A stretch of 64,000 nt of DNA from Phenylobacterium sp. (GCF_965229015.1 NZ_CBDDIM010000001.1:622198-686197), one strand, 5' to 3'. Shown: positions 1-9,642, counted from the stretch's first letter. Program-made: numbers and translations. Notes: a model not told the origin generated them from the letters alone.

Positions 1-165
1 ACCGGGGTGCGCCAGGACGGCTTCGTGGAGCTGAAGGACGGGGTCGCCGCCGGCGACCGCGTGGTCGGCGACGGTCTCAACAAGGTTCAGCCCGGCCAGG
101 CCGTTCGTCCGGCCGGCCAGGGCGGCCAGCGCCAGGGAGCGGGCGGCGCCCGGCCCGCGGCATGA
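1..165 (+). CDS. 3' end of RND efflux membrane-fusion (periplasmic adaptor) subunit, partial
   Basis: Frame 1 reads TGVRQDGFVELKDGVAAGDRVVGDGLNKVQPGQAVR..., a typical MFP C-terminus. TGA at 163-165 overlaps the ATG of the RND permease (ATGA). Confidence 0.85.
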   Translation, partial: TGVRQDGFVELKDGVAAGDRVVGDGLNKVQPGQAVRPAGQGGQRQGAGGARPAA

Positions 166-3100
166 TGCTGTCCGACATTTCCGTCCGCCGCCCGGTGCTC
201 GCCGCGGTGGCGGCGATCATCCTGTGCGTGGTGGGGCTGGCCTGCTTCACCTCGCTGTCGGTCCGCGAACTTCCCAGCGTCGATCCGCCCGTGGTCTCGG
301 TCAGCACCACCTATCGCGGCGCCTCGGCCGAGGTGGTGGAGGAGCGGATCACCGAGGTGATCGAGCGCCAGGTCGCCGGCATCCAGGGCATCGACCGGGT
401 CAATTCCTCCTCGCGGGACGGCACCTCGCGGATCAGCGTCTCCTTCAAGCTGGACCGCGATCTCGACACCGCGGCCAACGACGTGCGCGACGCCGTCAGC
501 CGGGTCACCTCGCAGCTTCCCGAGCAGGCCGACCCGCCGCAGATCGCCAAGGCCAACGCCGACGCCTCGCCGATCATGTTCCTGGCGTTCTCGTCCGACA
601 AGCTGAACCGGCTGCAGCTCTCCGACTACGCCAACCGCTACCTGGTGGAGCGGATCTCCACGATTCCCGGCGTCGCCCAGGTGAACCTCGGCGGCAGCCA
701 GCTCTATTCGATGCGCATCTGGCTCGATCCCCAGGCCATGGCCTCGCGCGGCATCACCGTCGACGATGTCGAGACCGCGCTGAACGCCCAGAACCTCGAA
801 CTCCCGGCCGGCGCCCTGGAGGCCCCCGCCAAGGACTTCACGATCCGCGTCGCCCGCGGCTATTCCACGCCCGAACAGTTCCGCGAGCTGCCGGTGACCG
901 CCTCGCGCACCGCGGCGACCACCTCCGCCAGCGTGGCCGGCGAGGGCGGGGCCCTGGGGTCCAGCGCCGCCGCCGGCGGCGCGGCCTCGGCCAGCGACGC
1001 GGGGTCCAACGCCTATGTCACCCGGCTGGGGGATATCGCCCGCATCGAGGAAGGGGCCGACGAGCGTCGCCGCACCTTCCGCTCCAACGGCCGCGACATG
1101 GTGGGCATCGCCATCACCCGCCAGAGCCAGGCCAACGACCTGGAGATCTCCAAGGGGGTCGCCGACCAGCTGCCGGAGATCAACAAGTCCCTGCCGCCCG
1201 GCACCAAGCTGGAGATCGCGGTGGACTTCACCGTCTTCACCAAGCACGCGATCCAGGAGGTCTGGATCACCATGGCTATCTCGCTGGCCCTGGTGGCGCT
1301 GGTGAACTTCGTCTTCCTGGGCACCTGGCGGGCGGCGGTCATCCCCTCCGTGGTGGCCCCGATCTGCATCCTCTCCACCTTCATCGTGCTCGCCCCCCTG
1401 GGCTTCTCCATCAACCTGCTGACCCTGCTGGCCCTGGTGCTGGCCATCGGCCTGGTGGTGGATGACGCCATCGTGGTGGTGGAGAACATCCAGCGCCGGG
1501 TGGACGAGGGCGAACCCCCGGTGGTGGCCGCTCAGCGCGGCGCCCGCCAGGTGTTCTTCGCCGTGGTGGCCACCACCGTCGTGCTGATCTCGGTCTTCGC
1601 GCCGCTGATGTTCCTGCCGGGCTATATCGGCAAGCTGTTCGTGGAGCTGGCCGTGGCCATCACCGCGGCGGTGGCCTTCTCGGCCCTGCTGGCGCTCAGC
1701 CTGTCGCCGATGCTGGCCTCCAAGCTGCTGCGCCCGGCCCAGGGCGAGGGCTTCATCGCCCGCCACGTCGACTCCGGCATGGGCAAGCTGCGGGCCTCCT
1801 ACCACGCCTCCCTCGACGCCCTGCTGGGCCGGCGCGCGGCCTCGGTCTCCGCGGTGGGCCTGGTGGTGGTGCTGGCGGGCCTGGCCTTCGTCCTCTTCAA
1901 TACCCTGCCGCGGGAGCTGGTCCCCAACGAGGACCGCGGCCGCGTCGACATCAACATCCAGGGTCCCGAGGGCGCCGGCTACGACTATACCCTGCCGGCC
2001 GCCAAGCAGGTGGAGGCCCGCCTTCAGGCCCTGCTGAAGGACGGGACCATCAGCCGCTACACCCTGGGCGTTCCGCGCTTCGGCCAGAACCAGTTCAACA
2101 CGGGCAACGCCAACGCCGCCCTGCCGGACGACGCCAAGCACAAGATCAGCTCCCAGGACCTCGCCGCTCAGCTCAACAAGGACTTCTCCAAGATCACCGC
2201 CATCCGCGCCATCGCCTCGGTCCGCCCGAGCCTGCAGCGGGGCGGCGGCGGCGGGGGCAATGTCGACCTGATCGTGGTGGGCAACGAGTATCCCGAGATC
2301 GAGCGCCTCATCCGGCCGCTGATGACCGCGGTCCAGGCCAATCCCGGCATGGCCCGGCCGCGCCTGGACTATGAGCCCACCTCGCCGCGACTGCTGGTGG
2401 ACCTCGACCGCGACAAGGCCGCCACCCTCGGGGTCTCGGCCCAGTCGGTGGGCCGGGCGCTGGAGACCATGTTCGGCTCGCGCAAGGTCACCACCTATAT
2501 CCGCGACGGTCAGGAATACGACGTCATCCTGCAGACCGACCGCGCCAACCGCCAGAACGAGAGCAACCTGGCCAACCTCTATGTGCGCACCAACTCCGGC
2601 GCCACCGTCCCGCTCTCCTCGGTGGTCACCACCCATGTGCGCGGCGACACCCCCGACCGCTCCCGGGTCGATCGCCTGCGGGCCATCACCCTCTCGGTCC
2701 AGCTCAATCCCGGCTACACGGTGGGCGAGGCGGTGACCTTCCTGCAGGCCGAGGTGGCCAAACATCCCGGCACCACGGTGAAGTGGGGCGGCACGGCCCG
2801 CGACTACCTCGAGGCCGGCGGCGCCGTGGGCCTGGCCTTCGGCATGGCCCTGCTGCTGGTCTTCCTGGTGCTGGCCGCCCAGTTCGAGAGCTGGATCCAC
2901 CCGGCGGTGATCATGCTCACCGTGCCGGTGGCGGTGCTGGGGGGCCTGTTCGGCCTGCTGGTGGCCGGCTCCACCATCAATACCTACAGCCAGATCGGGT
3001 TGATCATCCTGGTAGGCATCGCCGCCAAGAACGGCATCCTGATCGTGGAGTTCGCGAACCAGCTGCGCGACGACGGCCTGTCGATCCGCGAAGCGGTGAT

Positions 3101-3386
3101 CGAGAGCGCCTCCCTGCGCCTGCGGCCCATCATCATGACCTCCATCTCGGCGGCGGCGGGCTCCATCCCGCTGATCGTCTGGGGCGGGGCCGGCGGCGAA
3201 AGCCGCAAGACCATCGGGGTGGTGATCTTCTTCGGGGCCATCTTCACGACCCTGCTGACCCTGTTCATCGTGCCGATCTTCTACAACCTGCTGGCCCGCT
3301 TCACGAAGTCGCCGCTCGCCACCTCGCGCCGCATCGAGGCCTTCGAGGAGGCCGAGCAGACCCGCGCGGCCAACGCCGCCGAATAG
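162..3386 (+). CDS. RND efflux transporter permease subunit (AcrB/MdtC/MexW-like)
   Basis: 1074 aa. Has the N-terminal SVRRPV..., SINLLTLLALVLAIGLVVDDAIVVVENI, GIAAKNGILIVEFAN and RLRPIIMTS motifs, with the RND transmembrane layout. Confidence 0.96.
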   Translation: MMLSDISVRRPVLAAVAAIILCVVGLACFTSLSVRELPSVDPPVVSVSTTYRGASAEVVEERITEVIERQVAGIQGIDRVNSSSRDGTSRISVSFKLDRDLDTAANDVRDAVSRVTSQLPEQADPPQIAKANADASPIMFLAFSSDKLNRLQLSDYANRYLVERISTIPGVAQVNLGGSQLYSMRIWLDPQAMASRGITVDDVETALNAQNLELPAGALEAPAKDFTIRVARGYSTPEQFRELPVTASRTAATTSASVAGEGGALGSSAAAGGAASASDAGSNAYVTRLGDIARIEEGADERRRTFRSNGRDMVGIAITRQSQANDLEISKGVADQLPEINKSLPPGTKLEIAVDFTVFTKHAIQEVWITMAISLALVALVNFVFLGTWRAAVIPSVVAPICILSTFIVLAPLGFSINLLTLLALVLAIGLVVDDAIVVVENIQRRVDEGEPPVVAAQRGARQVFFAVVATTVVLISVFAPLMFLPGYIGKLFVELAVAITAAVAFSALLALSLSPMLASKLLRPAQGEGFIARHVDSGMGKLRASYHASLDALLGRRAASVSAVGLVVVLAGLAFVLFNTLPRELVPNEDRGRVDINIQGPEGAGYDYTLPAAKQVEARLQALLKDGTISRYTLGVPRFGQNQFNTGNANAALPDDAKHKISSQDLAAQLNKDFSKITAIRAIASVRPSLQRGGGGGGNVDLIVVGNEYPEIERLIRPLMTAVQANPGMARPRLDYEPTSPRLLVDLDRDKAATLGVSAQSVGRALETMFGSRKVTTYIRDGQEYDVILQTDRANRQNESNLANLYVRTNSGATVPLSSVVTTHVRGDTPDRSRVDRLRAITLSVQLNPGYTVGEAVTFLQAEVAKHPGTTVKWGGTARDYLEAGGAVGLAFGMALLLVFLVLAAQFESWIHPAVIMLTVPVAVLGGLFGLLVAGSTINTYSQIGLIILVGIAAKNGILIVEFANQLRDDGLSIREAVIESASLRLRPIIMTSISAAAGSIPLIVWGGAGGESRKTIGVVIFFGAIFTTLLTLFIVPIFYNLLARFTKSPLATSRRIEAFEEAEQTRAANAAE

Positions 3387-3391
3387 GCAAG

Positions 3392-3416
3392 AGCCCTCCC
3401 CGCCGAGGCGGGGAGG
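3392..3416. repeat. GC-rich hairpin downstream of the RND gene (terminator or REP-like)
   Basis: CCCTCCCCGCC-GAGG-CGGGGAGGG inverted repeat; no U-tract. Confidence 0.4.
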
Positions 3417-3746
3417 GAAGTGCGTCTATGGGATGGTTGCGCCGGCGGCGACGGGGGCGTCGCACAGCCGGCGCCGGCATGACCCCAGCGGGGGAGGCCA
3501 CGCCCCTAGACCCGCCCTCACCAGGGGGGAGACGGGCGGGGTGGAATTGTCGCGGCTGAGATGCTCGACCAGACCCGACCCCATTATGGTGACGGCGCCC
3601 GACATGCGCGTCAAGGTTGCCTGCACGTCACCACACGTTTTCCGAGCGAGCCTGTGATGTGCGGTTGAAACCGGCCGCTCTGCGGTGGCGGCGCGCCGGG
3701 GGCGATGACCTGGAATTGAGTCGATCCGAGGTCACGACGATCGGCC

Positions 3747-4277
3747 CTAGTGCGCTTCGTTGGCCTCGTGCGGCTTGTAACCGGTCTCGACCTTCAGATA
3801 GGCGATCAGGTCGACCCGGTCCTTGGCGTCCTTGACCCCGATGAAGGTCATCTTGGTGCCCGGCAGGAAGGTCTTGGGGCTGGTGAGCCACTGGTCGAGG
3901 TGCTCGGCGTCCCAGGTGAAGGTCGCAGCCTTCACGGCGTCGGAATAGTTGAAGTCCGCGGCCGAGCCGGGCTTGCGGCCGAACATCCCGTAGAGGTTCG
4001 GGCCGGTCATGTTGGCGCCGCCGGGCACGATGGTGTGGCAGGACTTGCAGACGGCGAACACCTTCTTGCCGTTGGCCAGGTCGCCGGTGTTGTAGGGGGC
4101 CGGCAGGCTCTCCAGCAGCTCGTGCTTCTCCTCGTCGGTGGGCTCGGCCACGGCGGCGGCCGGGGCGGCGGCCTCGGCGTGCTCCTCGCCCTTCTCGCCC
4201 TTCTCGGCGGTCTTGCCGCAGGCCGACAGGCCGGCGAGGCAAACGGTGGCGACGAGCGTCAGGGCGAGGCGGCGCAT
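3747..4277 (-). CDS. Class I cytochrome c (c2/CycM-like), predicted lipoprotein
   Basis: Lipobox LSAC, heme motif CKSCH, GPNLYGMFGRKPGS and PGTKMTF (Met axial ligand). Confidence 0.92.
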   Translation of the reverse strand: MRRLALTLVATVCLAGLSACGKTAEKGEKGEEHAEAAAPAAAVAEPTDEEKHELLESLPAPYNTGDLANGKKVFAVCKSCHTIVPGGANMTGPNLYGMFGRKPGSAADFNYSDAVKAATFTWDAEHLDQWLTSPKTFLPGTKMTFIGVKDAKDRVDLIAYLKVETGYKPHEANEAH

Positions 4278-4339
4278 GGGAAATCTCTCCAGTCAGGACG
4301 GGCGGCAAGCTACTCCAAGCCGCACCGTTGGCAAGCGCC

Positions 4340-4807
4340 TCAACCCCGCTTGCGCCGCTCCTTCTGGATGATCTCGTCCAGGGCCTGAAGGAACCGCGAC
4401 CGGTCGTTGCGGTCGAAGGGCTTGGGGCCGCCCAGAATGTCGCCGGTGGAGCGCAGCTGCTCCATCAGGGCGCGGTTGGCGATGGCCTGGCCGATGGAGT
4501 TGGCGGTGAAGGGCTTGCCGTTGGGAGTCACCGCGTGGCCCTGGGCCTGCAGCACGCGCTCGGCCAGGGGGATGTCGTTGGTCACCACCACGTCGCCGGG
4601 GGTCACGTGCTCGGCGATCCAGTCGTCGGCCACGTCGGGGCCGGCGTCGACGATCACCCGCTCGATCATCGAGGACTTCGGGATCATCATGAAGGCGTTG
4701 GAGACCACCCAGGTCTTCAGGCCGTAGCGCTGGGCGACCTTGTAGATCTCGTCCTTCACCGGGCAGGCGTCGGCGTCGATGAAGATCTCGATGGGCTTGT
4801 GGGTCAT
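4340..4807 (-). CDS. YaiI/YqxD family protein (UPF0178)
   Basis: IFIDADACPVKDEI, DVADDWI, VVTNDIPLA and FDRNDRSRFLQALD motifs. Confidence 0.92.
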   Translation of the reverse strand: MTHKPIEIFIDADACPVKDEIYKVAQRYGLKTWVVSNAFMMIPKSSMIERVIVDAGPDVADDWIAEHVTPGDVVVTNDIPLAERVLQAQGHAVTPNGKPFTANSIGQAIANRALMEQLRSTGDILGGPKPFDRNDRSRFLQALDEIIQKERRKRG

Positions 4808-4924
4808 GAGGCGTCCCTAGCGCCATCCACGGAAAAACGACAGGGGCGCCGCAAGATCGGGCGCCTGCCTCTTTGCGTCATCGCATGGCTTTTCATCCCC
4901 GCGGCGCGGGTGGAAGGATAGGCC

Positions 4925-6619
4925 ATGGCCGCACCCCAGCCCCCTCTCGACGACGCCCGCCACGACCAGAGGTTTCCGACCCTGAGCGCCGCCGAAACCG
5001 CCCGCGCCCGGCGCTTCGGCGAGGCGCGGACCTATCCCGCCGGCGCCGCCATCGTCCGAGCCGGGGAGGCCGGCCACGGCCTGACCCTGATTCTGTCCGG
5101 CGCGGTGGACATCGTCGGGCGCGGGGAGGGTGGGGCGCCGGAGCTGATCGTCACCCATGGGCCCGGCGCCTTCATGGGCGAGCTGGCCCAGCTCAGCGGC
5201 CGCCCCAGCCTGGTGGACGCCACCGCCGTCAGCGACGTCGAGGCCGTGGTCCTGCCGCCCGAACGCCTGCGCGCCCTGCTGGTGGCCGAGGCGGAGATGG
5301 GCGAGACGATCATGCGCGCCCTGATCCTGCGCCGGGTCGGCCTCATCGAGCGCGGCGCCGCCGGCCCGGTGATCGTCGGCCACATCGGCGATCCGGACGT
5401 CCTGCGGCTGGTAGGCTTCCTGTCGCGCAACGGCCATCCGCACCAGACCCTGGACCCGCAGACCGATCCCGAGGCCCGCGCCCTGGTGGACCGCTTCAGC
5501 GTCGAGCCGGGCCAGTTGCCCATCGTGCTGTGTCCCGGCGGCCAACTGCTGCGCAATCCCACCGAGGGGCAGCTCGCCCGCTGCATCGGCATGGTGGGGC
5601 CCATCGATCCCGACCGGATCTATGACGTCGCCATCGTCGGCGCCGGGCCCTCGGGACTCGCCGCGGCGGTCTATGCGGGGTCCGAGGGGCTCTCGGTCCT
5701 GGTGCTGGACTGCCGCGCCTTCGGCGGCCAAGCCGGGGCCTCCTCGCGCATCGAGAACTATCTCGGCTTCCCGACGGGGATCAGCGGCATGGCCTTGATG
5801 GCGCGAGCCTACAATCAGGCCCAGAAGTTCGGGGTGGAGATGGCCATCCCCGACGAGGCGGTGCGCCTGCCCCCCTCGGAGACCGGCGCGCCCTTCACCC
5901 TCGAACTTGGCGGCGACCAGCGGGCCCGGGCCCGGGCCGTGGTCGTGGCGACCGGGGCCCGCTACCGACGCCTCGACATCGCCGGCCATTCGGATTTCGA
6001 GGGCGCCAGCGTCCACTACTGGGCCTCGCCCCTGGAGGGCCGGCTCTGCGCGGGCCAGGAGGTGGTGCTGGTGGGCGGCGGCAACTCGGCCGGCCAGGCG
6101 GTGGTCTATCTGTCCACCCAGGTAAAGAAGGTCTGGATGCTGGCGCGTCGGCCGCTGGAGGCCACCATGTCCCGCTACCTGATCGACCGCATCCGCGCCC
6201 AGCCCAATGTGGAGGTTGTGACGCCCGCCGAGATCAGCGCCCTGGAGGGGGAGGGGGGCGTCCTGCGCGCCGTGCGTTGGCGCGATCCGCGCAGCGGGGC
6301 CGAGACCGCCCGCGAGATCGGCCACCTGTTCCTGTTCATCGGGGCCGATCCCAATACCGACTGGCTGGCCGGGTCGGAGGTGGTGGTGGACGCCAAGGGC
6401 TTCATCCCCACCGGCCTGGACCTCGACCTGCGTGCCGGCGTGCTGCCCCGGCCGATGCAGACCAGCCGCCCCGGGGTCTTCGCCATCGGCGATGTGCGCG
6501 CCGGCTCGGTCAAGCGGGTCGCCGCCGGGGTGGGAGAGGGCGCGCAGGTGGTGGCCGCCCTGCACGCCTACTTGGCCGACACCGGTCCCTTGCCCAATCG
6601 GGAGCCCAGCCATGCCTGA
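4925..6619 (+). CDS. Cyclic-nucleotide-binding domain fused to thioredoxin-reductase-like FAD/NAD(P)H oxidoreductase
   Basis: N-terminal cNMP domain (GPGAFMGELAQLSGRPSLVDA), GAGPSG FAD motif, SSRIENYLGFPTGISG, GGGNSAGQ and TSRPGVFAIGDV. Confidence 0.9.
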   Translation: MAAPQPPLDDARHDQRFPTLSAAETARARRFGEARTYPAGAAIVRAGEAGHGLTLILSGAVDIVGRGEGGAPELIVTHGPGAFMGELAQLSGRPSLVDATAVSDVEAVVLPPERLRALLVAEAEMGETIMRALILRRVGLIERGAAGPVIVGHIGDPDVLRLVGFLSRNGHPHQTLDPQTDPEARALVDRFSVEPGQLPIVLCPGGQLLRNPTEGQLARCIGMVGPIDPDRIYDVAIVGAGPSGLAAAVYAGSEGLSVLVLDCRAFGGQAGASSRIENYLGFPTGISGMALMARAYNQAQKFGVEMAIPDEAVRLPPSETGAPFTLELGGDQRARARAVVVATGARYRRLDIAGHSDFEGASVHYWASPLEGRLCAGQEVVLVGGGNSAGQAVVYLSTQVKKVWMLARRPLEATMSRYLIDRIRAQPNVEVVTPAEISALEGEGGVLRAVRWRDPRSGAETAREIGHLFLFIGADPNTDWLAGSEVVVDAKGFIPTGLDLDLRAGVLPRPMQTSRPGVFAIGDVRAGSVKRVAAGVGEGAQVVAALHAYLADTGPLPNREPSHA

Positions 6620-6920
6620 CACCTGCGCCCACGGCGACGCCATCCGCCCCGTGACCCCCAGCGCCAAGGGTTGCGAGGACTGCCTGAAGATCGGCTCGAA
6701 GTGGGTCCATCTGCGCCTGTGCCGCACCTGCGGGCACGTCGGCTGCTGCGACCAGTCCCCGCACCGGCACGCCACCGCCCACTTCCAGGCCACCGCCCAT
6801 CCGGTGATCGAGGGCTACGATCCGCCTGAGGGCTGGGGCTGGTGCTATGTGGACGAGGTGTTCCTGGACCTGACCGACGACATGACCCCGCAGGTCGGGC
6901 CGATCCCGCGCTATGTCTGA
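6612..6920 (+). CDS. Stand-alone UBP-type zinc finger protein
   Basis: ATG at 6612 overlaps the upstream stop. 102 aa with CxH, CEDC, CRTCGHVGCCD, HATAH, HP and WCY. Confidence 0.88.
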   Translation: MPDTCAHGDAIRPVTPSAKGCEDCLKIGSKWVHLRLCRTCGHVGCCDQSPHRHATAHFQATAHPVIEGYDPPEGWGWCYVDEVFLDLTDDMTPQVGPIPRYV

Positions 6921-9475
6921 GGCCGGAAGAACCACAGCTTCACCGCCTCGGTGGCCGCGATATAGGCCAGGACGATGGCCACCAGGGTGGCCATCAGGGC
7001 GGCCGACAGGGGGGTGAGGCCAAACAGAGCCGAGAGCTTTCCCAGATAGGGCGTGGCCATGGCCAGGATCGCCACCCCCGCCGTGGTCGCGGCCAGCAGG
7101 GTCCCGGGACGGCTGCGCCAGGCCGGCAGCCGGGTGCGCAGCACCATGACCACCGCCAACTCGGTCAGCAGGGAGACCACGAACCAGGCGGTCTGGAAGG
7201 TGGCCTCATGGGCCCGGAACAGGCGCAGCAGCACGGCGAAGGTCAGCAGGTCGAACGCCGAGCTCACCAGGCCAAAGACGATCATGAAGCGCCGGATGTC
7301 GGCGACCCCGAGCCGCTGGGCCGAGCCCAGCTGACTGGCCTCCACGGCGTCGGTGGAGATGGCGATGGAGGGCAGGTCGGACAGGAAGTTGTTCAGCAGG
7401 ATCTGGCTGGCCGCCATGGGCAGGAACGGCAGGAAGGGCGCGGCCAGGGCCATGCTCACCATGTTGCCGAAATTGGCGCTGGTGGTGATGCAGATGTATT
7501 TCAGGGTGTTGGCGAAGGTCCGCCGCCCCCCCACCACCCCGTCGCGCAGCACCCCGAGGTCGCGGCGGGTCAGGACCACGTCGGCGCTCTGACGGGCCAC
7601 GTCGACGGCGCCTTCCACCGAGACCCCGACATCGGCGGTGAACAGGGACGGCGCATCGTTGATGCCGTCCCCCAGATAGCCGACGCAGTGCCCCATCCGC
7701 TGCAGGGCGCGCACGATTCGCTCCTTCTGTTGCGGATCGACCTCGGCGAAGACGGTGGTGCGCTGGGCGAGGTTCCACAGCGCCTCGTCCTTCAGGGCGG
7801 CGACCTGCGCGCCCGTCAGCAGGGTGTCGGTGTCCAGGCCCAGGCTGCGCGCCACGTGACCGACCACGTGGCGGTTGTCGCCGCTCAGCACCTTCACCGA
7901 GACCCCGAGCGCCGCCAGGGCGGCGATGGCGGCCGCCGCCTCGGGCTTGGGCGGGTCCATGAAGACCAGGAAGCCCTGGAAACACATCTCGCTCTCATCG
8001 GCCAGCACGTAGTCGGGGCGGACCTCCATGCTCCGTGTGGCCAGGGCCAGGACCCGGAACCCCTCCTCGCCGCGCGCCTGGAAATAGGCCTCCAGGCGGG
8101 TCCTCGCCGCCGCCGTCAGGGGCGTCTCGCGATCGCCGTCCCGCCAGGTGACGCAGAGGTCCAGCACGTTGCTGAAGGCGCCCTTGGTGATCAGCAGGCG
8201 CGCCTGCGGCGCGGCCGGCGCCTGGACGACGATGGTCAGGCGCTTGCGGGTGAAGTCGTAGGGGATCTCGTCGACCTTCAGCCAGCCCGCGGTGTCGAGG
8301 CCCGCGGCGGCCCCTGCCGCCATCAGGGCCTCGTCCAGGGGATTGGCGATGCCGGTCTCGAAGGCCGCGTTCAGGAAGGCCAGGCGCGCCACCTCCGGCG
8401 AGGCCTGGCCCTGGGGGTCGGTGGCGGCTTCCAGAACGATCTGGCCCTCGGTGAGGGTGCCGGTCTTGTCGGTGCAGAACACCGTCATCCCGCCCAGGTT
8501 CTCGATGGCGTCCAGTTGGCGGACCAGCACACCCCGCTTGGCCAGGTCCCGGGCACCCGCCGCCAGGGTGACGCTGATGATCGCCGGCAGCAGCTCCGGC
8601 GACAGCCCGACCCCCAGGGCGACGGCGAACAGCAGGGACTCGATGAAGGGGCGTCCCAGGAGCTGGTTCACCACCAGGACGAAGATCACCACCGCCACCA
8701 TCACCCGGATCAGCAGGCCGCCGAACTGGCGCACCCCGCGGGCGAAGTCTGTCTCCACGGGCTTGGTCTTCAGGCGCTCGGCGATGGCGCCGTACTGGGT
8801 GGCCTGGCCGGTGCGGATCACCAGGACCTCGGCCATGCCGCTGCGCACCGAGGCGCCCAGGAAGACCATGTTGGTCCGCTCGGCCAGGGGGGCGTCGGCC
8901 GCGGCCAGGCCCGGGCGCTTCTCCACGGGGAAGGACTCCCCGGTCAGGGCGGCCTCGCTCACCAGCAGGTCTTGGGCCTCCAGGACGATCGCGTCGGCGG
9001 GCACGATGGCGCCGGCCGACAGCAGCACGATGTCGCCGGGCACGATCTCGCTGAAGGGGACGGCGAGCGCCTGGCCGCCCCGCCGCACCTTGGCCATCAG
9101 GGACAGCCGCTGGCGGAGCTGGGCCACGGCGTTGGAGGCCCGGTACTCCTGGGTGAAGCCGAGGGCGGAGCTCCCCAGGACGATGCTCAGGATGATGGCC
9201 GCTTCCAGCCACTCCTGCATCACTCCCGCGATCAGGGCGGCGAAGACCAGGATCAGCACCAGGGGGTTCTGGACCTGACGCAGGGCCAGACCGAGGACGC
9301 CCTGGTGGCCTTCGTCGCGCACGATGTTGGGACCGGTCCGCCGCAGGCGCTCGGCCGCCGCGCTCGGGCTCAGCCCGTCGCGGCTGGCGCCCAGGGCCGC
9401 CAGGACGGCCTCCGCCGGGCGGCTCCATTCGGCGTCCGGGTGAGCGCTCGGGGGCGGGACGGAGCGGCGGGCCAT
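6911..9475 (-). CDS. mgtA: Magnesium-translocating P-type ATPase (MgtA-like)
   Basis: TGES, PELLP, DKTGT, DEIPYDFTRKR, GDGINDAPSL and ANFGNMVS motifs. Confidence 0.88.
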   Translation of the reverse strand: MARRSVPPPSAHPDAEWSRPAEAVLAALGASRDGLSPSAAAERLRRTGPNIVRDEGHQGVLGLALRQVQNPLVLILVFAALIAGVMQEWLEAAIILSIVLGSSALGFTQEYRASNAVAQLRQRLSLMAKVRRGGQALAVPFSEIVPGDIVLLSAGAIVPADAIVLEAQDLLVSEAALTGESFPVEKRPGLAAADAPLAERTNMVFLGASVRSGMAEVLVIRTGQATQYGAIAERLKTKPVETDFARGVRQFGGLLIRVMVAVVIFVLVVNQLLGRPFIESLLFAVALGVGLSPELLPAIISVTLAAGARDLAKRGVLVRQLDAIENLGGMTVFCTDKTGTLTEGQIVLEAATDPQGQASPEVARLAFLNAAFETGIANPLDEALMAAGAAAGLDTAGWLKVDEIPYDFTRKRLTIVVQAPAAPQARLLITKGAFSNVLDLCVTWRDGDRETPLTAAARTRLEAYFQARGEEGFRVLALATRSMEVRPDYVLADESEMCFQGFLVFMDPPKPEAAAAIAALAALGVSVKVLSGDNRHVVGHVARSLGLDTDTLLTGAQVAALKDEALWNLAQRTTVFAEVDPQQKERIVRALQRMGHCVGYLGDGINDAPSLFTADVGVSVEGAVDVARQSADVVLTRRDLGVLRDGVVGGRRTFANTLKYICITTSANFGNMVSMALAAPFLPFLPMAASQILLNNFLSDLPSIAISTDAVEASQLGSAQRLGVADIRRFMIVFGLVSSAFDLLTFAVLLRLFRAHEATFQTAWFVVSLLTELAVVMVLRTRLPAWRSRPGTLLAATTAGVAILAMATPYLGKLSALFGLTPLSAALMATLVAIVLAYIAATEAVKLWFFRPQT

Positions 9476-9507
9476 GCGGCAGCATCGGCCGTGCGGGACC
9501 GGCCGCC

Positions 9508-9521
9508 TTGATCTGGATTAA
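9508..9521. promoter_or_regulatory. FNR/FixK-type box upstream of mgtA
   Basis: TTGAT-CTGG-ATTAA, one mismatch to TTGAT-N4-ATCAA, 33 bp upstream of the mgtA ATG. Confidence 0.6.
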
Positions 9522-9642
9522 ACCGACGCCGTCGGTCGCGCGGCAAATCGCCCTAAGGTTGAAGCAAGGCGCGTGACAGGCGAACAAAAGAAGCGCATGA
9601 TTAAATACTTAGTATCCCCCATGTCTTGGACTGGAGGTTCTC

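Noticed and set aside
87-2900. Very long antisense ORFs (also 6842-9511, 22095-24482, 39237-43214, 43508-47803, 52693-54123)
   Set aside because: They are shadow frames opposite well-supported genes, expected from strong GC3 bias, and show no family motifs.
3433-3657. 74-aa ORF in the RND/cytochrome c spacer
   Set aside because: GTG start without RBS, weak codon bias, and it runs through hairpin sequence.
9476-9640. mgtL-type leader peptide or M-box riboswitch for mgtA
   Set aside because: No Pro-rich short ORF or M-box structure is visible, and promoter geometry suggests little or no leader.
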